DNA of 21,759 bases, taken from Promethearchaeota archaeon (GTDB taxonomy: Archaea; Asgardarchaeota; Lokiarchaeia; Sigyniarchaeales; SOKP01). The DNA lies in NCBI GenBank assembly GCA_016926735.1, contig JAFGOA010000147.1:1-21759 (forward strand), read 5' to 3'. This document shows, piece by piece, positions 8,613 to 16,581 of this stretch (the first letter of the stretch is position 1; each line of letters starts with the position of its first letter). Position numbers and translations under genes: made by a program. The notes under the pieces are model-generated. The model searched no databases. It was given only the letters and a program-made list of their open reading frames with translations, and was not told the origin of the DNA.

Positions 8613-9668
8613 TTAAAAACATGAATCTATAAAATCTAAATAATTGTTGGCAGATCTTTTCCAAGAATATAATTCTGCTATGCTTATACCTTTTTTAGAC
8701 ATTTGATTTCGTTTTTCGATATTATTAATTGTTCCAACTATACATTGATTTAATATTTTATAATCTGTAGGAGGAAAGTATATTGGAAAATCTTTATAGA
8801 TTTCTTTAAAAACAGGTATATCTGAACAGATTACAGGAGTGCCACAAGATGCGGCTTCTAATCCAGGAGCTCCCCATCCTTCGTATAATGATGGAAAGAT
8901 TAAGATATCACACATATTATATATCTCTCTTAAACGAATATCACTTATTCCTGAAATATATACTATATCTTTTTCTAATCCAAGATTTTTTATTAAAGAG
9001 GGATAATTTGGAGTACCAATTCTTATTAATTTTATATTCTTAATTTTTTTTTTTACATAATAAAAAGCCTTGAGTAAAGTTATAAAATTTTTTCTATCCT
9101 CCTCTGTTCCTACATGAAGTAATTTTTTATGATTTGGATATAAGATTTCAATTTTATCCCTATTGTTTTTTTCAATTGGATAGAATAATTTTCTATTTAC
9201 TCCATTTTTAATAACAATAATTCTTTCTTCAGGGATTTTTAATACTCTCATCAACTCATTTTTAGTAAATTTTGAAATTGCGATAATATATTTACATCTT
9301 CTTAATCCTGAGATAAGATATTTTTGGAGTAATAAAGGATTTTTAACATTATTTTTCTCTATAAAGCTAAAGATATCATGACAAGTAATGACTGTTTTTG
9401 ATTTGTCTAAGAAATGTATTAAATCACTATGAAATTGAGCTGGAATATGATTTACTATTTCTTTCTCTTTATTATTCATATAAGACTGAAAAGGATATTG
9501 AAAGAATCTTTTTAAAATGAAATCAACTGGATTTCTCGGTGGTAAATAATAAAAGTATGATATTTCAATATTTTTTTTATTTGATAAATAATAATCTAAC
9601 TCTAATTGTCTTCGTAGAATTCCATTAATTTTATATAATTTTCGTCCTATAAAATTTATAATTTTCAT
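8613..9668 (-). CDS. Glycosyltransferase family 4 (MtfB/WbdM-like group)
   Basis: ITCHD, IIAISKFTK, VIKNGV, HVGTEEDRKN, FPSLYEGWGAPGLEAASCGTPVICSD. Confidence 0.93.
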   Translation of the reverse strand: MKIINFIGRKLYKINGILRRQLELDYYLSNKKNIEISYFYYLPPRNPVDFILKRFFQYPFQSYMNNKEKEIVNHIPAQFHSDLIHFLDKSKTVITCHDIFSFIEKNNVKNPLLLQKYLISGLRRCKYIIAISKFTKNELMRVLKIPEERIIVIKNGVNRKLFYPIEKNNRDKIEILYPNHKKLLHVGTEEDRKNFITLLKAFYYVKKKIKNIKLIRIGTPNYPSLIKNLGLEKDIVYISGISDIRLREIYNMCDILIFPSLYEGWGAPGLEAASCGTPVICSDIPVFKEIYKDFPIYFPPTDYKILNQCIVGTINNIEKRNQMSKKGISIAELYSWKRSANNYLDFIDSCF

Positions 9669-9767
9669 ATAAAAACATATTCCTATATTTAAAAGTAATA
9701 AATTATCCCAAATTATAAAATATGAACTATTTAAGAATAGAAGAAAGATAAAAATTATTATTTTTGG

Positions 9768-10496
9768 TTATATATTTAATTCCTTTTTTATTATTTTTAT
9801 CAAATTTTTCAATCCTGTTTCGCCAATATCTAATATCTTATTTAATTGCTCTCTATTAAATGAATTCCGTTCTGCAGTACCTTGTATTTCTAAAATTTCT
9901 AAATCCTCATTCATTACTAAGTTGAGATCAACATCAACTTGTGAATCTTCCCTATAATTTAGATCAAGTAATATATTATCATCTTTAATACCTAAAGAAA
10001 TAGCTGCTATAATTTTATAATCTGGAAATGTATATATTTGCTTATTGTCATATAAATATCTTATTGCATCAAAGACTGCTATAAAAGCTCCTGTTATTGA
10101 AGCACATCTTGTGCCCCCATCAGCTTGAATTACATCACAATCAATCTTAATAGTTCTCTCTCCTATTTTACTAATATCAAAAGCAGTTCTAATACTTCTA
10201 CCAATTAATCTTTGAATTTCGTGGGTTCGACCTTTTATTCGCAATCGCTCTCTTTCTCTATTATTTCTATTTTGGGTGGCTCTAGGTAACATATTATATT
10301 CTGCAGTAATCCATCCGGTTCCTGTGTCCGCAAGAAAACGTGGAACAAATTCTTGTATAGAAGCAGTAACAATAATTTTTGTATCTCCTTGAGATATAAG
10401 AACAGAACCTTCCGGATATTTAAGATAATCCCGTTCAATTACTAATTTTCTTAATTCATTATATGCTCTTCCGTCTATTCGCTTTATTTCTGTCAT
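9768..10496 (-). CDS. rph: Ribonuclease PH (bacterial type)
   Basis: RIDGR..ELR, GWITAEYNMLPRAT, GRTHEIQRLIGRS, DCDVIQADGGTRCASITGA, LDLNYREDS and EIQGTAE are hallmark bacterial Rph motifs. Confidence 0.93.
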   Translation of the reverse strand: MTEIKRIDGRAYNELRKLVIERDYLKYPEGSVLISQGDTKIIVTASIQEFVPRFLADTGTGWITAEYNMLPRATQNRNNRERERLRIKGRTHEIQRLIGRSIRTAFDISKIGERTIKIDCDVIQADGGTRCASITGAFIAVFDAIRYLYDNKQIYTFPDYKIIAAISLGIKDDNILLDLNYREDSQVDVDLNLVMNEDLEILEIQGTAERNSFNREQLNKILDIGETGLKNLIKIIKKELNI

Positions 10497-10645
10497 GATT
10501 AACTTTTATTTTACATTTTTCAATAAAAAGTAAAAAATCTTATATATATAATAGAAATTGTATTATTATATTTTTTCAAAAAGAAATACATTTTAAAAAT
10601 ACTAAAAAAAAATGAAATTTAGCATTTAACTATTATTTATTATCT

Positions 10646-11737
10646 CTAATTTGAATTCTTATATATTGGATAGGATCCTAATACTTTATACCAAATTACA
10701 TTATGTTCAATATCATCAATTACATGTTTAACTTCTGTTGTATCTATATCTCCTTCAAAATCCATTAAAAATATATATTCCCATCTACCTTTTCTTCTAG
10801 GTCTTGATTCAATCTTCAATAAATTAATATTTGCATCTGCAAATGACTTTAGTACACTATAGAGCGCTCCTGGTTTATGTTTTGTAACGTATAATATAGA
10901 AGTTTTTAAATCTCCTTCTTTTATATCATTCTTTTTTTTTGAAATAACAATAAAGCGTGTAAAATTAGAGGGATTATCTTCTATATTAGAATTTATAATT
11001 TTGAGACTATTGATAGATGCTGCAAATTCTGTACCTATTGCTGCATTTGAAAGGTCACCTAATTCTTTTATTTTATTCACAGCTTCTGCTGTTGATTCTG
11101 TATTCACTAGTTTTACATTAGGTAAATTTGTCTTTATCCATGTTCTTGTTTGAGCAAATGCCTGAGGGTGTGAATATATTTTTTTTATTTGTAATAAATC
11201 TGTTTTATGATTTACTATTAAATTTTGTATAATTCTAAGTTCAATTTCTCCAAATATATATATTTCTCTATCTATTAATTGATCAAGCGTTTCTCTTACT
11301 GTTCCTTGAAGACTATTTTCTATAGGTATAACCCCGTAATTTAATTTCTCTTTTTCAATATCCTCAAAAATAGAATATATATTTTTGCATGCTATAAAAT
11401 CAGAGCTTGTTTTTGGAAAAAATTCTAAAGCTGCTTGATGAGTGAATGTACCTTTTGGCCCCAAATAACCTATCTTTATTGTAGTTCCTTGTATTAATTT
11501 ACTCGCTCCAATTATTTCTTTCCATATTGATTCAATACTTACGTCATTTAATGTCTTTGAAGTTTTTTTTAAATTATTTATAATCTCTCTTTCTCTGTTT
11601 GGTTGATATGTCTCAATATTTAATTCTTTTTTTATCTCTCCTATTTTTAATACAATACTACATCGTTCATCTAATAATTCTAGAATTTTTTTATCAATTA
11701 AATCAATTTTTTTTCTTAATTCATTAATATCATTCAT
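10646..11737 (-). CDS. pheA: Bifunctional chorismate mutase / prephenate dehydratase with ACT domain (P-protein)
   Basis: AroQ-type LRKKIDLIDKKILELLDER..RE, then YLGPKGTFT, PIENS, SHPQA, NFTRF, and ACT-domain PGAL..INLLKIESRP. ATG at 11737 is preferred to the ORF-track TTG at 11755. Confidence 0.95.
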   Translation of the reverse strand: MNDINELRKKIDLIDKKILELLDERCSIVLKIGEIKKELNIETYQPNREREIINNLKKTSKTLNDVSIESIWKEIIGASKLIQGTTIKIGYLGPKGTFTHQAALEFFPKTSSDFIACKNIYSIFEDIEKEKLNYGVIPIENSLQGTVRETLDQLIDREIYIFGEIELRIIQNLIVNHKTDLLQIKKIYSHPQAFAQTRTWIKTNLPNVKLVNTESTAEAVNKIKELGDLSNAAIGTEFAASINSLKIINSNIEDNPSNFTRFIVISKKKNDIKEGDLKTSILYVTKHKPGALYSVLKSFADANINLLKIESRPRRKGRWEYIFLMDFEGDIDTTEVKHVIDDIEHNVIWYKVLGSYPIYKNSN

Positions 11738-11945
11738 ATAAATCAATATTCTCAAATTTAAACAGATTTTTTATACCCAAAAAAGAGTCTTCAATCTTTT
11801 TTTAAATAGTTATAATAAAAAAAAAAATAATCCATTTGAAATTTTCCATAGAATCTATAAAATATATATTTTATTTTTCTAAACCAAAAAAAAAACTACT
11901 TTTTTATCTGAAAATTATAATATTATCTTGGAATTAAGGAATATA

Positions 11946-12021
11946 TTAACAAAAAACTTTTAATTAAATAGTAGACTTAAAAAAAACATTAATATTTACA
12001 AATTTACAATGGTATATCTAT
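11946..12021 (+). promoter_or_regulatory. Conserved upstream/promoter block of GT87-like gene A (duplicated at 13484-13559)
   Basis: 62/76 identical without gaps to 13484-13559. Both copies keep AAACTTTTAATTA, which is BRE/TATA-like. Promoter function is inferred. Confidence 0.5.
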
Positions 12022-13332
12022 TTGAATATTAAAAGGTTAAAGATCTTAAAATTTTTGAGAGACAATATATATATAATTATACCAATTTTATGTTTATCAT
12101 TCTGGATGTTTATATCTCTATTTAAAGATCATTTTAATCTCTTAACATCTCCTGATTATGGTGTGTTTTATCAAGCGGGAAAAGAAGTATTTAATTTTAA
12201 TATTGATATGTATGATGGTACACCTTATTATTATTTACCGAGTTTTGCGACAATTTTTTCTGTATTTACTTTAATTGATTTTGCTACTTCTCAATGGATA
12301 TGGTTATTCTTATTATTATTTTTTGGAATTATATCTATGATAGAATTTGATAGAATTTTAAAATTCAATAAAATGAATTTACTAACAAGATTTTTTATTT
12401 TAATGGTTATATCTAATGGACTTAAGCTAATGCAGGGATTTGATTATTTACAACCTAAAATCGTCATGTTATACTTATTTGCTTTTTTCATTAGAAGAGA
12501 AATTGAAATAAGAAATAACTTAAGAAAAGATGATCTTAGATTTAAAATTATACAATATATCATTTTAAGTTTCATTATAGGAATAAATCCATCATTTTTC
12601 TTCTTTATCTTTATATATTTATTGTATAATGTCAACAGCGTCAAAGATATATTTGGTAAAGAAAAAATAAAAGATTATACAATTTTTCTTATAATTTTTC
12701 TTCTTCAAAATATAATATTCTTAATACACCCTAGTTTAATAATTAGTTTTCTTAAAAATGGGATATTCGATATGGGAAATTCTCCATTTTATACTCTATC
12801 AGATTTGACATATAATTTTGTATTAGAACATCATACTTTTCTTCCTCAATGTCCTTTAGCTTATATAGGGACTGTTTTTAGTATGAATAGGGTAATAATA
12901 GGAATTATCTCAATGATTCTTTCCGCATTTTTCTCAATAGTAATTATAATTAAACAAAATTTATCCTTGGAAAAGAAACTAGGTCTATTTTTTTTAGTAT
13001 CACTTTTATTTAATATTTATCTATCTCCAACGATATTAATTACAATACTTCCTTTTATCATTTTATTACTTTTTCCTGATTCAAAATTTCAAGATGATGA
13101 AAAATACAATAATTTCATCGATTATATAAGAAAAAATATTAATGTACTGATCGGTCTGCTATTTTTCTCTATATTGTATTTTATGCCTGATCTAAGTCTA
13201 GTTTATCGTATTTTTCCTTTTACTATAAATATCCCTATTCAACTTCTTCTTTTAGGAAATTTATATGTATATCTCATCCTTTCTTTTATTTTTTATATTA
13301 TATATAAAAAAAGATATAAAGAAAGGATATAA
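12022..13332 (+). CDS. GT87/DUF2029-like polytopic membrane glycosyltransferase (GT-C fold), paralog A
   Basis: About 10 TM segments. After TM1 comes PDYGVFYQAG...MYDG.PYYYLPSFA, matching the D(F/Y)xxFY.AG...Y...YxYxP pattern of GT87/DUF2029. TTG start. Confidence 0.72.
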   Translation: MNIKRLKILKFLRDNIYIIIPILCLSFWMFISLFKDHFNLLTSPDYGVFYQAGKEVFNFNIDMYDGTPYYYLPSFATIFSVFTLIDFATSQWIWLFLLLFFGIISMIEFDRILKFNKMNLLTRFFILMVISNGLKLMQGFDYLQPKIVMLYLFAFFIRREIEIRNNLRKDDLRFKIIQYIILSFIIGINPSFFFFIFIYLLYNVNSVKDIFGKEKIKDYTIFLIIFLLQNIIFLIHPSLIISFLKNGIFDMGNSPFYTLSDLTYNFVLEHHTFLPQCPLAYIGTVFSMNRVIIGIISMILSAFFSIVIIIKQNLSLEKKLGLFFLVSLLFNIYLSPTILITILPFIILLLFPDSKFQDDEKYNNFIDYIRKNINVLIGLLFFSILYFMPDLSLVYRIFPFTINIPIQLLLLGNLYVYLILSFIFYIIYKKRYKERI

Positions 13333-13340
13333 GATTATAA

Positions 13341-13445
13341 CAATCTTCTTTTCTTAATTCATTAATTACATTTATATAAATCACTATTTTCTAATATATA
13401 TAGAATTTTTATTCACAATGTTAGAGATTTTAAACTTTTTTTTTG
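13341..13445 (-). pseudogene. Relic copy of the pheA 5' end and its upstream region
   Basis: 13349-13418 aligns without gaps to 11711-11780 at 58/70 identity, with the first 18 nt identical. The pheA ATG (CAT 11735-11737) is mutated to ATA in the copy. Confidence 0.82.
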
Positions 13446-13483
13446 GATTAAAAAAAATTAACTCAGAGTAAATGGGTATTCTC

Positions 13484-13559
13484 TTAACAACAAACTTTTA
13501 ATTAGATATTATACTAAAAAAAACCATAAATATTTACATTTTTTCTATGGTTTATTTAA
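13484..13559 (+). promoter_or_regulatory. Conserved upstream/promoter block of GT87-like gene B
   Basis: Homologous to 11946-12021 (62/76) with the same spacing to the TTG start. Confidence 0.5.
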
Positions 13560-14879
13560 TTGAACATTGAAAGGATAAAAATTTTTAAATTTATAAAAGA
13601 TAATGTGTATATAATTATTCCAATTTTATGTTTATCATTTTGGATGTTAATATCAATAATTAAAGATAACTTTTATATTTATGATGGTGTAGATTTTCCT
13701 TCATTTTATTATTCTGGGAAATATATTTATACAAATCCCGAATTAGTTTATACAAGTATATCTCCTCCATATTTTTATTTACCAAGTTTTGCATCAATTT
13801 TTTCAATCATCTCTATTTTTGAATATAATACCGCTACATGGATTTATATCTTTATTATATTAATCTTTGGAATTCTTTATCTAAGAGAATTTAATAAATT
13901 ATTAGTTATTAAAGGCGTTTCAAATAAATTAAATCGTTTTATATTTCTAATTGCTATAAGTAATGGCATTATATTGCTACAAAATTTTGATTTTTTACAA
14001 ACAAAATTTATTACTCTCTTTTTAATTATTTTATTTTTAAGGAGGGAAATACAATATAGAAAAAATATCAAAGATCAATTTGATACTAAATTTGTTTTTA
14101 CTCAGTTATTTATTTTAACTTTTGCTATTGGTATGTTTCCTCAATTTGCTTTTATAGTACTTATATATCTCTTTAAGGATATTTCGAATATTAAAGATAT
14201 AATTAATAGATCTCAATTAAAGATATATGGATTATTTATTGTAATTTTAGCTGTCCAAAATTTTATAGTTTTTGTTTTTCCTAATTTATTATTAGATTTT
14301 TTAACAAAAGGAATAGGATTTTACAATAGAGTTGGAAATATAAGTGATTTCACTCCAAGTTGGATTCTCCTTCAGAAAAGTTCATTTTCTGTAAGTCTCT
14401 TTCCATATTTTGCTTTAATTTTTAGTATTGAAGAATTATGGTTTACTCTTATATCAATTACAATTATGATGTTAATTACAATTTATCTTATTTCTAAATA
14501 TGACATTAAAATAGAAGAAAAATTTGCCTATTTCTTTTTAGCGACTCTATTCTTTTCTATATTCGTAGTTCAAACAATTATTATTATTTTATTACCCGTT
14601 ATACTAATATTGTTTATATATGATTTTAAAAAAATAGATAACTATCTAAATTTAAAGAATTATGGGAACTATATCAAAACTAATATTTACTTCTTAATTG
14701 CTGCATTATGCATTTCGGCATCTTTTCTTATGCCAACGATTGATTTAGTATATCGAATTCTTCCTTTTACGATGGACATACCAATTCAATTATTACTTCC
14801 TATCCCAATATTTATCTATGTTATCTTAGTTATAGATTTGTATTTAATGATAAGAAAGAGAAGAAATAAGAATAAATAA
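13560..14879 (+). CDS. GT87/DUF2029-like polytopic membrane glycosyltransferase (GT-C fold), paralog B
   Basis: Colinear paralog of 12022..13332: VDFPSFYYSG...VY...PPYFYLPSFA, ISNG, FDFLQ, RREI, LVYRILPFT..PIQLLL. TTG start. Confidence 0.72.
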   Translation: MNIERIKIFKFIKDNVYIIIPILCLSFWMLISIIKDNFYIYDGVDFPSFYYSGKYIYTNPELVYTSISPPYFYLPSFASIFSIISIFEYNTATWIYIFIILIFGILYLREFNKLLVIKGVSNKLNRFIFLIAISNGIILLQNFDFLQTKFITLFLIILFLRREIQYRKNIKDQFDTKFVFTQLFILTFAIGMFPQFAFIVLIYLFKDISNIKDIINRSQLKIYGLFIVILAVQNFIVFVFPNLLLDFLTKGIGFYNRVGNISDFTPSWILLQKSSFSVSLFPYFALIFSIEELWFTLISITIMMLITIYLISKYDIKIEEKFAYFFLATLFFSIFVVQTIIIILLPVILILFIYDFKKIDNYLNLKNYGNYIKTNIYFLIAALCISASFLMPTIDLVYRILPFTMDIPIQLLLPIPIFIYVILVIDLYLMIRKRRNKNK

Positions 14880-14883
14880 CATT

Positions 14884-16566
14884 CTATTTTAAAATAAAAT
14901 TGGTTAAATCTAACTCGAGTGCCGCTACTGGAAACTCTAATTTGAAATTTAATAATACCTCTGGATGAATTTCTCCAATCTCACCTATTTTATTCTTTTC
15001 CATATATATATCTCCAGAACGACCACTAAGATATGTAGGATTATCATTTATCTTGATATATATTTTATCAGAACATCCTAATGTATTCATTAAAAAATCT
15101 AAAGTTGATTTTATTTCAGTATAATCTGCTTCTTCATGATATGATACAACAGATAAATGTAATTCTCGTTTAGCACCTGTATCTTCTTTAGAATCCAATT
15201 TAATAATATCTCCGACCTCGAAGATTTTAATAGGTTTTTCTTCAGATCTATTGAAAAGAAGCGTTTCCATTAACTTAGGTAAAATTGTTGTTCTTGTAGT
15301 ATTATATTCCTCTGAAATAGGATTAGCTATTTCTACAACTTCTTGCTTATGATATTCTTGTTTCATTAAATCATATTGTCTTCTAGTATTTGCTAATATA
15401 AAATTAAGAACTTCTATATAACCAGCACCTATCATTATTGTTCTAATTTTATTAGCTAATTTTTGAATAGGATGATATTCACCTATACACCCTTCTCTTA
15501 TTATTTTTGGCAAATTAAAATATCCATATCCAATAGCACATTCTTCAGTGAAATCTACTGGGTGCATTATATCTCCTCGAAAAGGAGGAACTAAGATATC
15601 AAGATAATCTTTCTTACTTGATTTATTAGCACTCATTCTGATTTTTTCAAAACTTTTGATCATTTCTTTAATTGATAAATTTAATCCAAGATAATCATTA
15701 ATATATTTTGTAGAAATTTCCCATTTATCTGGATTTAAGTTTGGAGTTGTATATTTCTCTTGTTTATCATATACTATTTGAACTGTCTCTAATTTTGCTC
15801 CCATATCATATAAAGTTGTTGAAAGTATATTTAAAGCTAAATTTACAGCTTTGAGATCAGTTCCTGTTATTTCCAAGAATAAATTTTTTGTATCATCTGT
15901 TACAGTTGTAAGTATTCCATTTATAACTGGAGGAAATGAAATTACCTCATCTTTTTTATCTAAAAGTATTGGATAGAGTTCTTTATCTTTAAGGATATGA
16001 GCATATTTAATACCTTTTTCATGGTATTTTAAAACGTCCTCCAATGTCATTGGAGAACCATCTCCTTGTAATGGTAAAAAACTAATTGAGGATGGTTTTA
16101 TTGCTAAATATCTAAAAGGTGCTTCTATTTTGTCTAAATCATGAACTCCAATAGCAACCTTTTTTCGATCTCTTCCTACTGCCCAATGTAGTTGTTCTTG
16201 GATATTCATTAAAGTAGCAACCTCATCCTCATCTAAATTAATATCTCTTACTACAGCACAAACAATATAAGGTCTTACGGTTTTTACAGAGGATTCTACA
16301 TACATTTGAATATTTCCTGAAGAAACTTCAAAAGATGGCAAACCTAATTCTAGATCATAATAACCTTTTAATGTTCTTGCTATCCCTTCGGGACTTGAAA
16401 AGTCTGGTCTATTAGGATTATATTCCACTTTAACTGTCTGTTCTTCTTCATTTATATCCTCTAAATCTAGACTTATCCATTGTAAATCATATTGTAAATC
16501 TTGAATAGATAACTTTTTTCCTACTAATTTTTCTAATCGTTCAATTTTTAATTCTAATGTTGGCAT
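14884..16566 (-). CDS. pheT: Phenylalanine--tRNA ligase beta subunit (short archaeal/eukaryotic type)
   Basis: 560 aa. PNRPD.SSPEGIAR, QEQLH..GRDRKKVAIGVHDLD, SFPPVING, PPFRGDIMHPVD..EE.AIGYGY, GEIHPEVL.NF.L. No bacterial EMAP or FDX-ACB extensions. Confidence 0.97.
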   Translation of the reverse strand: MPTLELKIERLEKLVGKKLSIQDLQYDLQWISLDLEDINEEEQTVKVEYNPNRPDFSSPEGIARTLKGYYDLELGLPSFEVSSGNIQMYVESSVKTVRPYIVCAVVRDINLDEDEVATLMNIQEQLHWAVGRDRKKVAIGVHDLDKIEAPFRYLAIKPSSISFLPLQGDGSPMTLEDVLKYHEKGIKYAHILKDKELYPILLDKKDEVISFPPVINGILTTVTDDTKNLFLEITGTDLKAVNLALNILSTTLYDMGAKLETVQIVYDKQEKYTTPNLNPDKWEISTKYINDYLGLNLSIKEMIKSFEKIRMSANKSSKKDYLDILVPPFRGDIMHPVDFTEECAIGYGYFNLPKIIREGCIGEYHPIQKLANKIRTIMIGAGYIEVLNFILANTRRQYDLMKQEYHKQEVVEIANPISEEYNTTRTTILPKLMETLLFNRSEEKPIKIFEVGDIIKLDSKEDTGAKRELHLSVVSYHEEADYTEIKSTLDFLMNTLGCSDKIYIKINDNPTYLSGRSGDIYMEKNKIGEIGEIHPEVLLNFKLEFPVAALELDLTNFILK

Positions 16567-16572
16567 TTTAAA

Positions 16573-16579
16573 CTCCCTC
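16573..16579 (-). promoter_or_regulatory. Shine-Dalgarno-like site for pheT
   Basis: GAGGGAG on the minus strand, 6 nt upstream of the pheT ATG, within the 15-bp pheS-pheT gap. Confidence 0.6.
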
Positions 16580-16581
16580 GA

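Noticed and set aside
9044-9054. A11 homopolymer in the GT4 coding strand (and A9 in the GT2) as a phase-variation tract
   Set aside because: Runs of 8-9 A/T also occur in pheA and in intergenic DNA, as expected at this composition. The frames are intact, so read-level length variation would be needed as evidence.
9768-10496. Annotation as exosome subunit Rrp41
   Set aside because: The motifs are those of bacterial Rph, and no rrp4/rrp42 neighbours are present.
11857-11874. 18-bp perfect palindrome ATAAAATATATATTTTAT in the pheA/GT87 divergent region
   Set aside because: It is A/T-only and low-complexity, so plausible by chance, and it is not retained in the duplicated copy of this region.
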